Shown here in pieces: positions 1 through 8,619 of a DNA stretch of 33,162 nucleotides; the first letter of the stretch is position 1, and each line of letters opens with the position of its first letter. Made by a program: the position numbers and the translations under genes. Origin of the DNA: Paraperlucidibaca sp. (GTDB taxonomy: Bacteria; Pseudomonadota; Gammaproteobacteria; Pseudomonadales; Moraxellaceae); assembly GCA_039929665.1 (NCBI GenBank), contig JBDSQT010000046.1, positions 1 to 33,162 on the forward strand, read 5' to 3'. The notes beneath the pieces were generated by a model, which worked only from the letters and a program-made list of their open reading frames with translations, did no database searches and had not been told where the DNA came from.

Positions 1-2268
1 GCGGCGCAAATGGCTTAGTGATGAATAGCCGGTGCCAAAGTCATCAAGCGCAATGCTCACGCCCATGCGACGAATCTGCTTAAACAGGCTAATGGCTAAA
101 TCAGGGTCATCCATCAGTGAGGACTCGGTCAGCTCAATCTCAAGCTGGCGTGCACTTAGACCGCTGTCATCGAGCGCCTGCTCTAAGAGCTGCATCAGAT
201 TGCCTTTGTGCAGCTGCTGCGCTGGGATGTTCACGGCGACATGAAGCTTGCCTAGGCCGGCATCGGTCCATGCTTTGAGTTGCTTAGTGGCTTGAGCTAG
301 CACGCGCTCGGTAATCACCGAGATCAAGCCGGTCTCTTCGGCTAGGGGGATAAATTTCCCCGGATGCAGCAGTCCAAGTGTTGGGTGCTGCCAGCGAACT
401 AGAGCTTCCATGCCCACGATGCGCTGGCTGGCCAAGGATAGTTTCGGCTGATAATGCACGACGAATTCATCGCGAAAAATAGCTTTGCGCAAGCTGTTCT
501 CTAAGTGCAGCTGCTCGACTGTCGCGCTGCGCATGTCAGGGCTGTAGCGCCGCCATTGGTTGCCACCCAAGCGTTTTGCTTGCTGCATGGCGAGATCGGC
601 GTGGTTAATTAAAATCGCCAGCTCTCGGCCATGTTCTGGGAACTCGCAAATGCCCACCGAAGCGCCCAGCAGCAGCTCATGCTCACCGATGCGGAAGGGT
701 GCCCGCAGGCTGCCGATGACCTCTTCACTGAGGCGCTCTAAGTCGTCATTGCTGCGGATATCAGGAAAAATCAGCGCGAACTCATCGCCGCCGATGCGCG
801 CCAACGTATCCAGCTTGCTGCCTAGCTCGGTCAGGCGGCGGCCGGTTTCGCGCAAAATGCTATCGCCGACCTCAAAGCCTAGGGACTCGTTGACCTGGCG
901 GAAACGATCGAGATTGATGAACACTAGGCCTACGCGGGTTTGCGCGTCACGCGCGGTATTTATTGCGGCGTGTAAGCGGTTACGGAATTGACGGCGGTTG
1001 GTTAGCTGTGTCAGGCGGTCATAGTTCGCCAAATAGTCGAGCTTGCGCTGCGTTTCCTCGGCCTCCCGTTCACGCGTGATGTCGCGACGCGTACCCAGCA
1101 TGCGCTCGGGCTTGCCTTGTGCGGTCCAGCTCACCACGCGGCCACGATCTTCAACCCAAACCCAGTGTCCTCGTGCATGCTTGATGCGATAGCGCGCCTC
1201 AAAGCGCGGTGTTCGGCGGCGGAAATGGCGAATGATATTGCGCTTCACCAAGCGAATATCGTCGGGGTGCACCATGCCGCTGGCCACATCAAGCAGCTTG
1301 CGATCGCCAATGCCCTCACAGCCGAGTAGGGGCTCTAAATTAGTGTGGGTTATTTCTTGGTCGAGAATATGCCAGTCCCACAGCGCCATGCCCGATGCTT
1401 CAATGGCCAGCGTCAGGCCCTCTTGGCTTTCCATGAGCGCTTCTGTGCGCTGCGCCACGCGTAGCTCTAGCTCATCGTTCAGGCTCTGTAGCTGCGTTTC
1501 AGCGCGCGCACGGGTGTTGACCTCACGCGCCAAAATGCGGTTGGTGTCTAAGGTGCGCGCTTGCGTATCGCGGAGAAAGGAAATTAGGTCTTCGTTGCTT
1601 AAGCGCAGCACGATGGCATCACTGACCATACGGTTGAGATAGCGCGCGCTAAGAATCAAAAACATCCACCACAAGGTGCCGATAGTCGACACCATAATAC
1701 TGGTGCCCGTCGGGTGCAGCAGCAGGTAGACGACCGCGGGTAAAAAAGCGGCCAGCGTAAAGCCAAAAAACGCGCGCAAATGCCCAGCGTAGGCTGCTAG
1801 TGCCGTAATGCCTTGTGCGCCGAGTAGGGCGGCAAGTAAGATTTGTCGATTAGTGACGTCAGCAAACATCTCGCCATTAGGGAATACGCGTGGGTTAAGC
1901 GCGACCAGCGCGAAGGCCCAGAAGCCGCCGGTGAGCACCGCCGTGACCGTTAACGTAGTGCCTAGCCAGCGTGCTCGCAGCTGAGGATTTCGGCTTAGTG
2001 CCCATACCAAGACGCCGCGAAAAAGCAAAAAGCCAATGAAGCTGCCGCCCCAGAGAACAAGGGTTTTGTTACTGGCGTAAGGCCAATCCCACAGTATCCA
2101 TATGGCGAGTAACACCGATAGCGCGGTAATGATGAGAAAACGCGGCAGTTGACGCTGTACTTGCGCAAGTAAGGTTGTGCGCAAGCGCTCGCTATGGCTT
2201 TGCGAGGCGAGGCGAGGCGATGTACTGGTGTGATCGACTGTGTCGCCAGAGGTGGCTGCACGTGACAT
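1..2268 (-). CDS. Membrane-anchored PAS-GGDEF-EAL c-di-GMP signalling protein (3' end truncated by window edge)
   Basis: Manual translation from ATG at 2268 is open to base 1 (756 codons). It shows several hydrophobic N-terminal segments, a coiled coil, PAS/PAC motifs (LWDW, VHPDD, YRIKHARGHWVWVEDRG, DIT), GGDEF at 778-792, EALVRWQHP (EAL at 400-408), ELTES and DDFGTGYSSL. Absent from the ORF track, presumably because it has no stop in the window. The start codon is a best guess. Confidence 0.93.
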   Translation of the reverse strand, partial: MSRAATSGDTVDHTSTSPRLASQSHSERLRTTLLAQVQRQLPRFLIITALSVLLAIWILWDWPYASNKTLVLWGGSFIGFLLFRGVLVWALSRNPQLRARWLGTTLTVTAVLTGGFWAFALVALNPRVFPNGEMFADVTNRQILLAALLGAQGITALAAYAGHLRAFFGFTLAAFLPAVVYLLLHPTGTSIMVSTIGTLWWMFLILSARYLNRMVSDAIVLRLSNEDLISFLRDTQARTLDTNRILAREVNTRARAETQLQSLNDELELRVAQRTEALMESQEGLTLAIEASGMALWDWHILDQEITHTNLEPLLGCEGIGDRKLLDVASGMVHPDDIRLVKRNIIRHFRRRTPRFEARYRIKHARGHWVWVEDRGRVVSWTAQGKPERMLGTRRDITREREAEETQRKLDYLANYDRLTQLTNRRQFRNRLHAAINTARDAQTRVGLVFINLDRFRQVNESLGFEVGDSILRETGRRLTELGSKLDTLARIGGDEFALIFPDIRSNDDLERLSEEVIGSLRAPFRIGEHELLLGASVGICEFPEHGRELAILINHADLAMQQAKRLGGNQWRRYSPDMRSATVEQLHLENSLRKAIFRDEFVVHYQPKLSLASQRIVGMEALVRWQHPTLGLLHPGKFIPLAEETGLISVITERVLAQATKQLKAWTDAGLGKLHVAVNIPAQQLHKGNLMQLLEQALDDSGLSARQLEIELTESSLMDDPDLAISLFKQIRRMGVSIALDDFGTGYSSLSHLRR

Positions 2269-2373
2269 GGATGAAAGCCCTCGTCGGTTGTCCTTATGGG
2301 TGGGCAATCCGTTTCTGCAAGCGCCTACCTTACCATTCTCTGAACATTCGCGGAAACGACGTGCGCGCTGGTC

Positions 2374-2379
2374 TACAAT
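2374..2379 (+). promoter_or_regulatory. Putative sigma70 -10 element (TACAAT) of uvrD, possibly giving a leaderless mRNA
   Basis: TACAAT is followed by 6 nt (AGTCCG) and then the uvrD ATG; no Shine-Dalgarno sequence is visible. Confidence 0.5.
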
Positions 2380-2385
2380 AGTCCG

Positions 2386-4605
2386 ATGAATGAACTCACT
2401 CTTTTAGACGGGCTCAACCCCGCACAACGCGACGCCGTGACCTGTGACAGTCAGCACTTACTCGTGCTGGCAGGCGCAGGCTCTGGCAAAACACGCGTAT
2501 TGACCTCGCGGATCAGCTACTTTTGTCAGCAATTTGCTATTTCACCGTTTGCGGTGTTGGCGGTGACCTTTACCAATAAAGCCGCGCATGAAATGCGTGC
2601 GCGTCTCGAGCAGCAGCTTGGCATCGCCACGCAACCGTTGTGGATAGGCACCTTTCATGGCCTAGCGCATCGCTTTTTGCGGGCGCATTACGAGGCTGCC
2701 GGCCTGCCGCAAAACTTTCAAATTTTAGATTCCGATGATCAGCTGCGTGTCGTTAAGCGCGTGATGAAAGAGCTGCAGCTCGATGAAGAAAAATGGCCGG
2801 CTCGACAGTCGACGGGCTTCATCAATGGCCATAAAGAAGAAGGCCGTCGAGCGGCACATATTGCCCACAATGGCGACTTGTATACTGCCACACAGCAGCG
2901 CGTCTACAGCGCCTACGAGGCGATTTGTCAGCGCGGTGGCCTAATCGATTTCGCAGAAATCCTGCTGCGCTGCCACGAGCTCTTTCTTAAACACGACGAT
3001 ATTCTTAAGCATTACCAAGCGCGCTTTCGCATGATCTTGGTCGATGAGTTTCAGGATACCAATCGCATTCAATACGCCTGGCTGCGTTTGCTGGCGGGCG
3101 AGCGCGGCATGCTCACCGCGGTCGGTGATGATGATCAAAGCATTTACGGCTGGCGCGGAGCCTGCATTGAAAACATCCGCACGTTTCAACGCGACTATGC
3201 CGATGCCGAGCTGATTCGTTTGGAGCAAAACTATCGCTCGACATCGATCATTTTGCAGGCGGCCAATGCGGTGATCGCTAACAACGGCGACCGGATGGGC
3301 AAGAATCTCTGGACTGATCGCGGTGAGGGCGAGCGCATTTCGGTGTATGCCGCCTTTAATGATCTTGATGAGGCGCATTACATCGCCAAGCTCATTGACG
3401 TGCGCTTTCGCAGTGGGGTGGCGCGCAAAGACATGGCGATTCTGTATCGCTCCAATGCCCAGTCGCGTGTGCTCGAAGAAGCGCTGTTGCGGGCGCAAAT
3501 TCCCTATCGAATCTATGGTGGCCTGCGCTTCTTTGAGCGCGCAGAAATTAAAAATGCCGTGGCCTACTTGCGCCTAATGCTGCAGCGTATCGATGACACC
3601 GCGTTTGAGCGTGTGGTCAACACGCCAACGCGTGGTATCGGCGACAAGAGCCTGGATGCCATTCGTCAGCTCGCTCGCGAACAGCAGGTGAGTCTGTGGT
3701 CGGCCGCCGAGCAAGTCGTCGCGGAGCGTCGTCTACCCGCGCTCGCAACGGGAAAAATCGACGCCTTTCTCACGCTGATTAACGGCCTTGATGCCAATAC
3801 GCAAGGCGCCTCATTAGGCGAACTGGTCGAGGCAGTGATCGAGCAAAGCGGTTTAGTTGCTCATCATGAAAAAGAGAAAGGCGAGAAGGCTCAGGCGCGC
3901 GTTGAAAACTTACGTGAATTAATTAGTGCCGCCGGCGAGTTCGACGCCGATGATCATACGCAAGAGATGGAAGTGCCATCGCCATTAGCCGCATTCCTAG
4001 ACCATGCCGCGTTAGAGTCCGGTGAGCAGCAGGCTGGTGAGTTTGACGATGCCGTGCAAATGATGACGCTACATGCCGCAAAAGGACTGGAGTTTCCTCT
4101 GGTGTTCTTAGCCGGCATGGAAGAGGGCCTGTTTCCGCACGAAAGGGCACTGCAGGAAAATAACCTCGAAGAAGAGCGCCGGCTTTGCTATGTCGGCATC
4201 ACCCGTGCGATGAGCGAGTTGGTGATTAGTTATGCTGAGGTGCGCAGGTTATATGGCACGGAAAGCTACCATGTTGCCTCGCGCTTTTTAGGCGAGATTC
4301 CTGAAGGTCTACTGGCGCCAGTACGCCAGCAGTCGCCGGGCTTACGCGCAGGCTTTCGCAGTGGATCGAGCATCGACTCAGGCACTAGTGGCTTAGGCTC
4401 TAGCAGTCTGAAGCAGGAGCGTTTAGGCGATGACGATGGCAGCGGCTGGCGCTTAGGCCAAGCGGTAAATCATCCACGCTTTGGCGATGGTGTGATTTTA
4501 GCGTTTGAGGGCAGCGGGCCGAATGCGCGTATTCAAGTAAATTTCAGCAAGCTCGGCAGCAAATGGCTGGTGGCGCAATACGCTAGGTTGACTCGAGCGA
4601 GCTAG
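2386..4605 (+). CDS. uvrD: DNA helicase II (UvrD)
   Basis: 739 aa with LNPAQ Q-motif, AGAGSGKT Walker A, TFTNKAA, VDEFQD, VGDDDQSIYGWRGA, LEQNYRS, TLHAAKGLEF, EERRLCYVGITRA and a C-terminal Tudor-like domain (HPRFGDG). Confidence 0.97.
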   Translation: MNELTLLDGLNPAQRDAVTCDSQHLLVLAGAGSGKTRVLTSRISYFCQQFAISPFAVLAVTFTNKAAHEMRARLEQQLGIATQPLWIGTFHGLAHRFLRAHYEAAGLPQNFQILDSDDQLRVVKRVMKELQLDEEKWPARQSTGFINGHKEEGRRAAHIAHNGDLYTATQQRVYSAYEAICQRGGLIDFAEILLRCHELFLKHDDILKHYQARFRMILVDEFQDTNRIQYAWLRLLAGERGMLTAVGDDDQSIYGWRGACIENIRTFQRDYADAELIRLEQNYRSTSIILQAANAVIANNGDRMGKNLWTDRGEGERISVYAAFNDLDEAHYIAKLIDVRFRSGVARKDMAILYRSNAQSRVLEEALLRAQIPYRIYGGLRFFERAEIKNAVAYLRLMLQRIDDTAFERVVNTPTRGIGDKSLDAIRQLAREQQVSLWSAAEQVVAERRLPALATGKIDAFLTLINGLDANTQGASLGELVEAVIEQSGLVAHHEKEKGEKAQARVENLRELISAAGEFDADDHTQEMEVPSPLAAFLDHAALESGEQQAGEFDDAVQMMTLHAAKGLEFPLVFLAGMEEGLFPHERALQENNLEEERRLCYVGITRAMSELVISYAEVRRLYGTESYHVASRFLGEIPEGLLAPVRQQSPGLRAGFRSGSSIDSGTSGLGSSSLKQERLGDDDGSGWRLGQAVNHPRFGDGVILAFEGSGPNARIQVNFSKLGSKWLVAQYARLTRAS

Positions 4606-4639
4606 CGCTTGCACGGAAATAAATGGCTGCCGGCTCTAC

Positions 4640-5038
4640 TTAGTGTGTCGACAGCTCGCGGGTATGGCCCTGATCATTAATAGCGACAAAGGTAAACAGG
4701 CCTTCGGTGAGTTTGGTGTGGGCGCCGGTGAGGTCGCTCACGGCCCAGACTTCCACCAAGATTTTTATCGATGAGCGGCCGGTAGAGAGCACTTCGGTGT
4801 AAAAGCCGACAATGTCGCCGACCTTCACCGGTCTCAAAAACACCATCGCATCAATAGCCACCGTCACGGTACGGCCCTTGGCGCGTTTGCGCGCAGCAAC
4901 GCCAGCGGCTAAATCCATCTGCGAGACTAGCCAGCCACCAAAAATATCTCCATTGGGGTTGGCGTCGGCGGGCATGGCAATCGTTTGTAAGCAGAGCACA
5001 CCGCGCGGCATGGGATGGTATTCGTGGTTGCTAGGCAT
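4640..5038 (-). CDS. yciA: Acyl-CoA thioesterase, hotdog fold (YciA family)
   Basis: 132 aa with the AMPADANPNGDIFGGWLVSQMDLAAG signature, VTVAID and PVKVGD. Confidence 0.9.
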   Translation of the reverse strand: MPSNHEYHPMPRGVLCLQTIAMPADANPNGDIFGGWLVSQMDLAAGVAARKRAKGRTVTVAIDAMVFLRPVKVGDIVGFYTEVLSTGRSSIKILVEVWAVSDLTGAHTKLTEGLFTFVAINDQGHTRELSTH

Positions 5039-5183
5039 AATAGCTCCAACTTATCTTATTTTAATTGAGGGCAAGACTACCGTGTGCGCCTGATTCTGTC
5101 ATCGAGCAATACATCATGACGAAGGGCGGGCACCGAAGGCTTTATGACAGCTTTAAGTCATGGGCCGCTAAAGTCTTCCAAAT

Positions 5184-5217
5184 TTGTCATCATTGCGTCA
5201 TATTTCATCGTCATGAT
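5184..5217 (+). promoter_or_regulatory. Pho box plus -10 of the pstS promoter
   Basis: TTGTCAT-CATT-GCGTCAT (5184-5201) has the 11-bp period of the PhoB consensus CTGTCAT-N4-CTGTCAY. CATGAT (5212-5217) lies 10 nt downstream, the canonical Pho promoter geometry. Confidence 0.8.
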
Positions 5218-5257
5218 GCTTGCCGTGAGATCGAAACCATCCCAAGTGGAGTGACAC

Positions 5258-6214
5258 ATGAAAGCGAACGTACTAATTGCCGCCCTGGGGCTAACCCTCG
5301 GTATGTCAGCTCAAGCCGCTGTTGATCCAGCGCTTCCCAGCTACACGAAAGCAACCGGTGTTGCCGGGACTTTAACTAGCGTTGGTTCTGACACGCTAAA
5401 CAACCTGATGACTTTGTGGGCTGAAGACTACAAAAAACTTTACCCCAACATCAATATCCAGATCCAAGGTGCGGGCTCGTCAACAGCTCCTCCTGCGCTA
5501 ACAGAAAGCACAGCAAACTTAGGCCCTATGTCACGCATGATGAAGGGTGAAGAGATTGCCGCCTTCGAAAAAGCTAAAGGCTACAAGCCAACCGCCGTGC
5601 CAGTAGCTATCGATGCTTTGGCCGTGTTTGTGCATAAAGATAACCCAGTCAAATTCATGAATATGGATGTTGTCGATGCGATTTTCTCCGACACACGTAA
5701 GTGCGGTCATGACAAGGCGGTTACTAACTGGGGTGATGCTGGCCTAAAGGGTGCTTGGGCTAAGCGCGACTTGCAAATTTACGGTCGTAACTCGGTGTCT
5801 GGTACCTACGGCTACTTTAAAGAAAAAGCCTTGTGCAAAGGCGATTTCAAAAATAACGTCAACGAGCAGCCTGGCTCTGCCTCAGTGGTACAAGCAGTCG
5901 GCAGCTCGATTAATGGTATTGGCTACTCGGGCATTGGCTATAAAACCTCAAGCGTACGCACGGTTCCATTAGTCGGTAAAGATGGCGAAATCTATGATGC
6001 CAACGAGAAGAATGCGCTGAGCGGTAAATACCCGCTGGCTCGTTTCCTCTATGTTTATGTCAACAAAGCGCCAAACAAACCGCTGGCACCATTAGAGGCT
6101 GAGTTTTTGAAAATGGTGCTGTCGAAGAATGGCCAAAGCGTCGTGGAAAAGGATGGCTACATCCCCATGCCAGCGAAAGAAGCAGCTAAAGTTTTGAAAA
6201 TGTTAAATCTTTAA
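5258..6214 (+). CDS. pstS: Phosphate ABC transporter substrate-binding protein PstS
   Basis: 318 aa with signal peptide, [26 protein letters not shown] and [10 protein letters not shown]; GGAG RBS; first gene of the pst operon. Confidence 0.96.
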   Translation: MKANVLIAALGLTLGMSAQAAVDPALPSYTKATGVAGTLTSVGSDTLNNLMTLWAEDYKKLYPNINIQIQGAGSSTAPPALTESTANLGPMSRMMKGEEIAAFEKAKGYKPTAVPVAIDALAVFVHKDNPVKFMNMDVVDAIFSDTRKCGHDKAVTNWGDAGLKGAWAKRDLQIYGRNSVSGTYGYFKEKALCKGDFKNNVNEQPGSASVVQAVGSSINGIGYSGIGYKTSSVRTVPLVGKDGEIYDANEKNALSGKYPLARFLYVYVNKAPNKPLAPLEAEFLKMVLSKNGQSVVEKDGYIPMPAKEAAKVLKMLNL

Positions 6215-6239
6215 GCGCTACGCGAACACTGTCTAACAA

Positions 6240-6265
6240 CAAGAAGGGCCTGCGGGCCCTTCTTG
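6240..6265 (+). other. Stem-loop between pstS and pstC (mRNA-stabilising or partial terminator)
   Basis: CAAGAAGGGCC-TGCG-GGCCCTTCTTG: an 11-bp perfect stem with no U-tract beyond the stem. Confidence 0.7.
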
Positions 6266-6311
6266 CCCGATCATGAGGGCCTAATCTTGGGCCTAGCGTT
6301 AGGTTGAGCAC

Positions 6312-8594
6312 ATGAAAAAACCCAGGATTGCTTTCGTTAATACGCCTGCGATGCGTCGTAAGCGCGAAATTAAAGATCGCTTAGCAAACCTCACGATCGG
6401 CCTTGGCGGTGTTGGGGTTATTGGCGCTATCGCCTTGATCTTCTTCTATCTCGTATTTGAGGTCTGGCCGCTGTTTAGTGGCGCGGATCTAGAAAAAAAT
6501 GCGCCGGTTACCACGCAGGTGGCTGCTCTATACTTAGATGCCGACGAATATAACGAGTCAGGTATTCGGCTATTAGCCGACGGCGAAGTGCAAATTCTTG
6601 ACGTCAAAACGGGGAAAATTGAGTCGCGCAGTGCGTTGCCTTTACCGTCCGGTGTTCACATAGCCAGCATTCAACGCGGCCCTATTTTGTCGGGTCTAGT
6701 TGGTATCGGCCTCAGTAACGGTCAGTTGCTTGTCGCTAAGCCAAAATACGACATCAGCTATGGTGCAAATAATAAGCGAATCATTAATAGCTCGCTTGCC
6801 TATCCCTATGGTGAAGCACCGCTGACAGTCGATCGAAATGGTGCGCCACTGTCGGTGTTTTATGTGCGCGGGAGTGAGGATGACTTGCGCGTTTTAGCTT
6901 TTGCCGAAGGTAAAGTGCAGCGCTTACATTTCAGTACCGCTGGCGAGAGTAGCAGCGCGCTATCTCTTTCTTTTGGTGATGAAAGCGTTAGTGAGGATGC
7001 CTCCGGCTTTAGTGAAATCGAGCGTGATGAGTTGCCATATAGAGGTAACGCGGCCCAGCAGATTATTATTGGCCAGGACGGTAATTGGGCTTACGTTTTT
7101 CATGACAGTAACCGCGTAAGCGTCTTCAATGTGCGTAATCAGCCTATCTATACGCAGGAAGTTACACTGACCGCCCCGAATGCAGAAGTGACGTCAGCTA
7201 CAGCGCTTCAGGGGAATGTGTCATTGATGGTCGGTGATAGCCAAGGCGATGTCTCGCAATGGTTTATGGTGCGTGACTCCAGTACCGGTGTAGACCACTT
7301 TAGCTTGAAAAAAATTCGCAGCATCAAGGTTGGTAACTCAGCAATTACGGCCTTGTTTCCTGAGGAGCGCCGCAAGGGTATTTTGATTGGCGATGCCAGC
7401 GGTAGCGTCTCGTATTATTACACCACCTCCAATCGTCTGATTTTGCAGGAATCTGCAGGCGAAACGCCGATTCGTACCTTAGCGATGAGTGCGCGATCGT
7501 CGGGTCTACTGGTGCAGTCCGACAACGCCTACAGTTTCTGGCATATGAATATCGAGCATCCAGACATTTCGATGCAGTCGACATGGAAGCCGGTGTGGTA
7601 TGAGTCGTATGAGGCGCCAACCTATACGTGGCAATCCTCGTCTGGCACAACGGATTTCGAGTCTAAGCTGTCATTGATGCCGCTGACTTTTGGCACCATT
7701 AAAGCCGCGTTTTACGCCATGTTGTTGGGCGCGCCATTGGCGATTTTTGGCGCCATGTATTCAGCGGTATTCATGGCGCCGAAGCTGCGCCGTAAAGTAA
7801 AGCCGACCATCGAGCTGATGGAGGCATTACCGACGGTTATTTTGGGCTTCTTGGCGGGCCTATGGCTGGCCCCCACCATTGAAGACAATCTGCCGGGCAT
7901 ATTTAGTTTGCTTATTCTGACACCCATTACCATTGTTGTGGTGGGTGCTCTGTGGTCACGAATGCCTCTGGAAAAACGCGCCTTTGCTGATGGTTGGGCG
8001 CCGATAATTCTTATCGTGCCGCTGTTGCTGACCGGCTACTTATCGTTTGTCTTTTCACAACCCATTGAGAATATGTTTTTTGGTGGTGATGTGCGGTCAT
8101 GGCTAGAGAACAGTACGGGGCTAAACTTCGATCAACGCAACTCATTGATTGTTGGCCTGGCGATGGGTTTTGCGGTCATTCCCAACATCTATGCGATTGC
8201 TGAAGATGCTCTTTTTGCCGTCCCCAAGCATTTAACCAATGGCTCCTTGGCCTTAGGCGCTACGCAATGGCAAACGCTGATGCGCGTGGTATTGCCAACT
8301 GCATCGCCGGGCATTTTTTCAGCGGTGATGATTGGTCTGGGTCGTGCTGTCGGTGAAACCATGATCGTACTGATGGCCACCGGTAACACCGCGATCATGG
8401 ATTGGAACATATTCGAAGGCATGCGCACGCTATCAGCCAATGTCGCGGTCGAGATGGGTGAAGCTGAGGTTGGTTCAACACACTTCCGCGTCCTGTTCCT
8501 ATCGGCGCTGGTGCTGTTTGTACTGACCTTCATTTTGAACACGATAGCTGAAGTGGTTCGCACTCGGTTACGCAAAAAATACGGCTCGCTATAA
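6312..8594 (+). CDS. pstC: Phosphate ABC transporter permease PstC, long form with a large soluble beta-rich domain
   Basis: 760 aa. The C-terminal permease domain has KPTIELMEALPTVILG, the EAA-loop region SLALGATQWQT, and GRAVGETMIVLMATGN. About 400 aa of soluble sequence with WD40-like strands follows the first TM helix. Confidence 0.93.
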   Translation: MKKPRIAFVNTPAMRRKREIKDRLANLTIGLGGVGVIGAIALIFFYLVFEVWPLFSGADLEKNAPVTTQVAALYLDADEYNESGIRLLADGEVQILDVKTGKIESRSALPLPSGVHIASIQRGPILSGLVGIGLSNGQLLVAKPKYDISYGANNKRIINSSLAYPYGEAPLTVDRNGAPLSVFYVRGSEDDLRVLAFAEGKVQRLHFSTAGESSSALSLSFGDESVSEDASGFSEIERDELPYRGNAAQQIIIGQDGNWAYVFHDSNRVSVFNVRNQPIYTQEVTLTAPNAEVTSATALQGNVSLMVGDSQGDVSQWFMVRDSSTGVDHFSLKKIRSIKVGNSAITALFPEERRKGILIGDASGSVSYYYTTSNRLILQESAGETPIRTLAMSARSSGLLVQSDNAYSFWHMNIEHPDISMQSTWKPVWYESYEAPTYTWQSSSGTTDFESKLSLMPLTFGTIKAAFYAMLLGAPLAIFGAMYSAVFMAPKLRRKVKPTIELMEALPTVILGFLAGLWLAPTIEDNLPGIFSLLILTPITIVVVGALWSRMPLEKRAFADGWAPIILIVPLLLTGYLSFVFSQPIENMFFGGDVRSWLENSTGLNFDQRNSLIVGLAMGFAVIPNIYAIAEDALFAVPKHLTNGSLALGATQWQTLMRVVLPTASPGIFSAVMIGLGRAVGETMIVLMATGNTAIMDWNIFEGMRTLSANVAVEMGEAEVGSTHFRVLFLSALVLFVLTFILNTIAEVVRTRLRKKYGSL

Positions 8595-8619
8595 CGCCCT
8601 CGCCTAAAGGAACCCGCAG

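Noticed and set aside
32-2381. Short track ORFs (32-244, 560-991, 1117-1329, 1232-1642, 1995-2261, 2175-2381)
   Set aside because: They are antisense or off-frame shadows of the long minus-strand GGDEF-EAL gene and show no recognisable motifs.
2941-3498. Long antisense ORFs within uvrD, and similar ones within pstC, recG, spoT and the lipoprotein gene
   Set aside because: They are expected shadows of codon bias in a mid-GC genome and have no motif support.
4330-4445. Ser/Gly-rich segment near the UvrD C-terminus as an insertion or intein
   Set aside because: It matches the normally variable linker before the Tudor-like domain and lacks intein terminal motifs.
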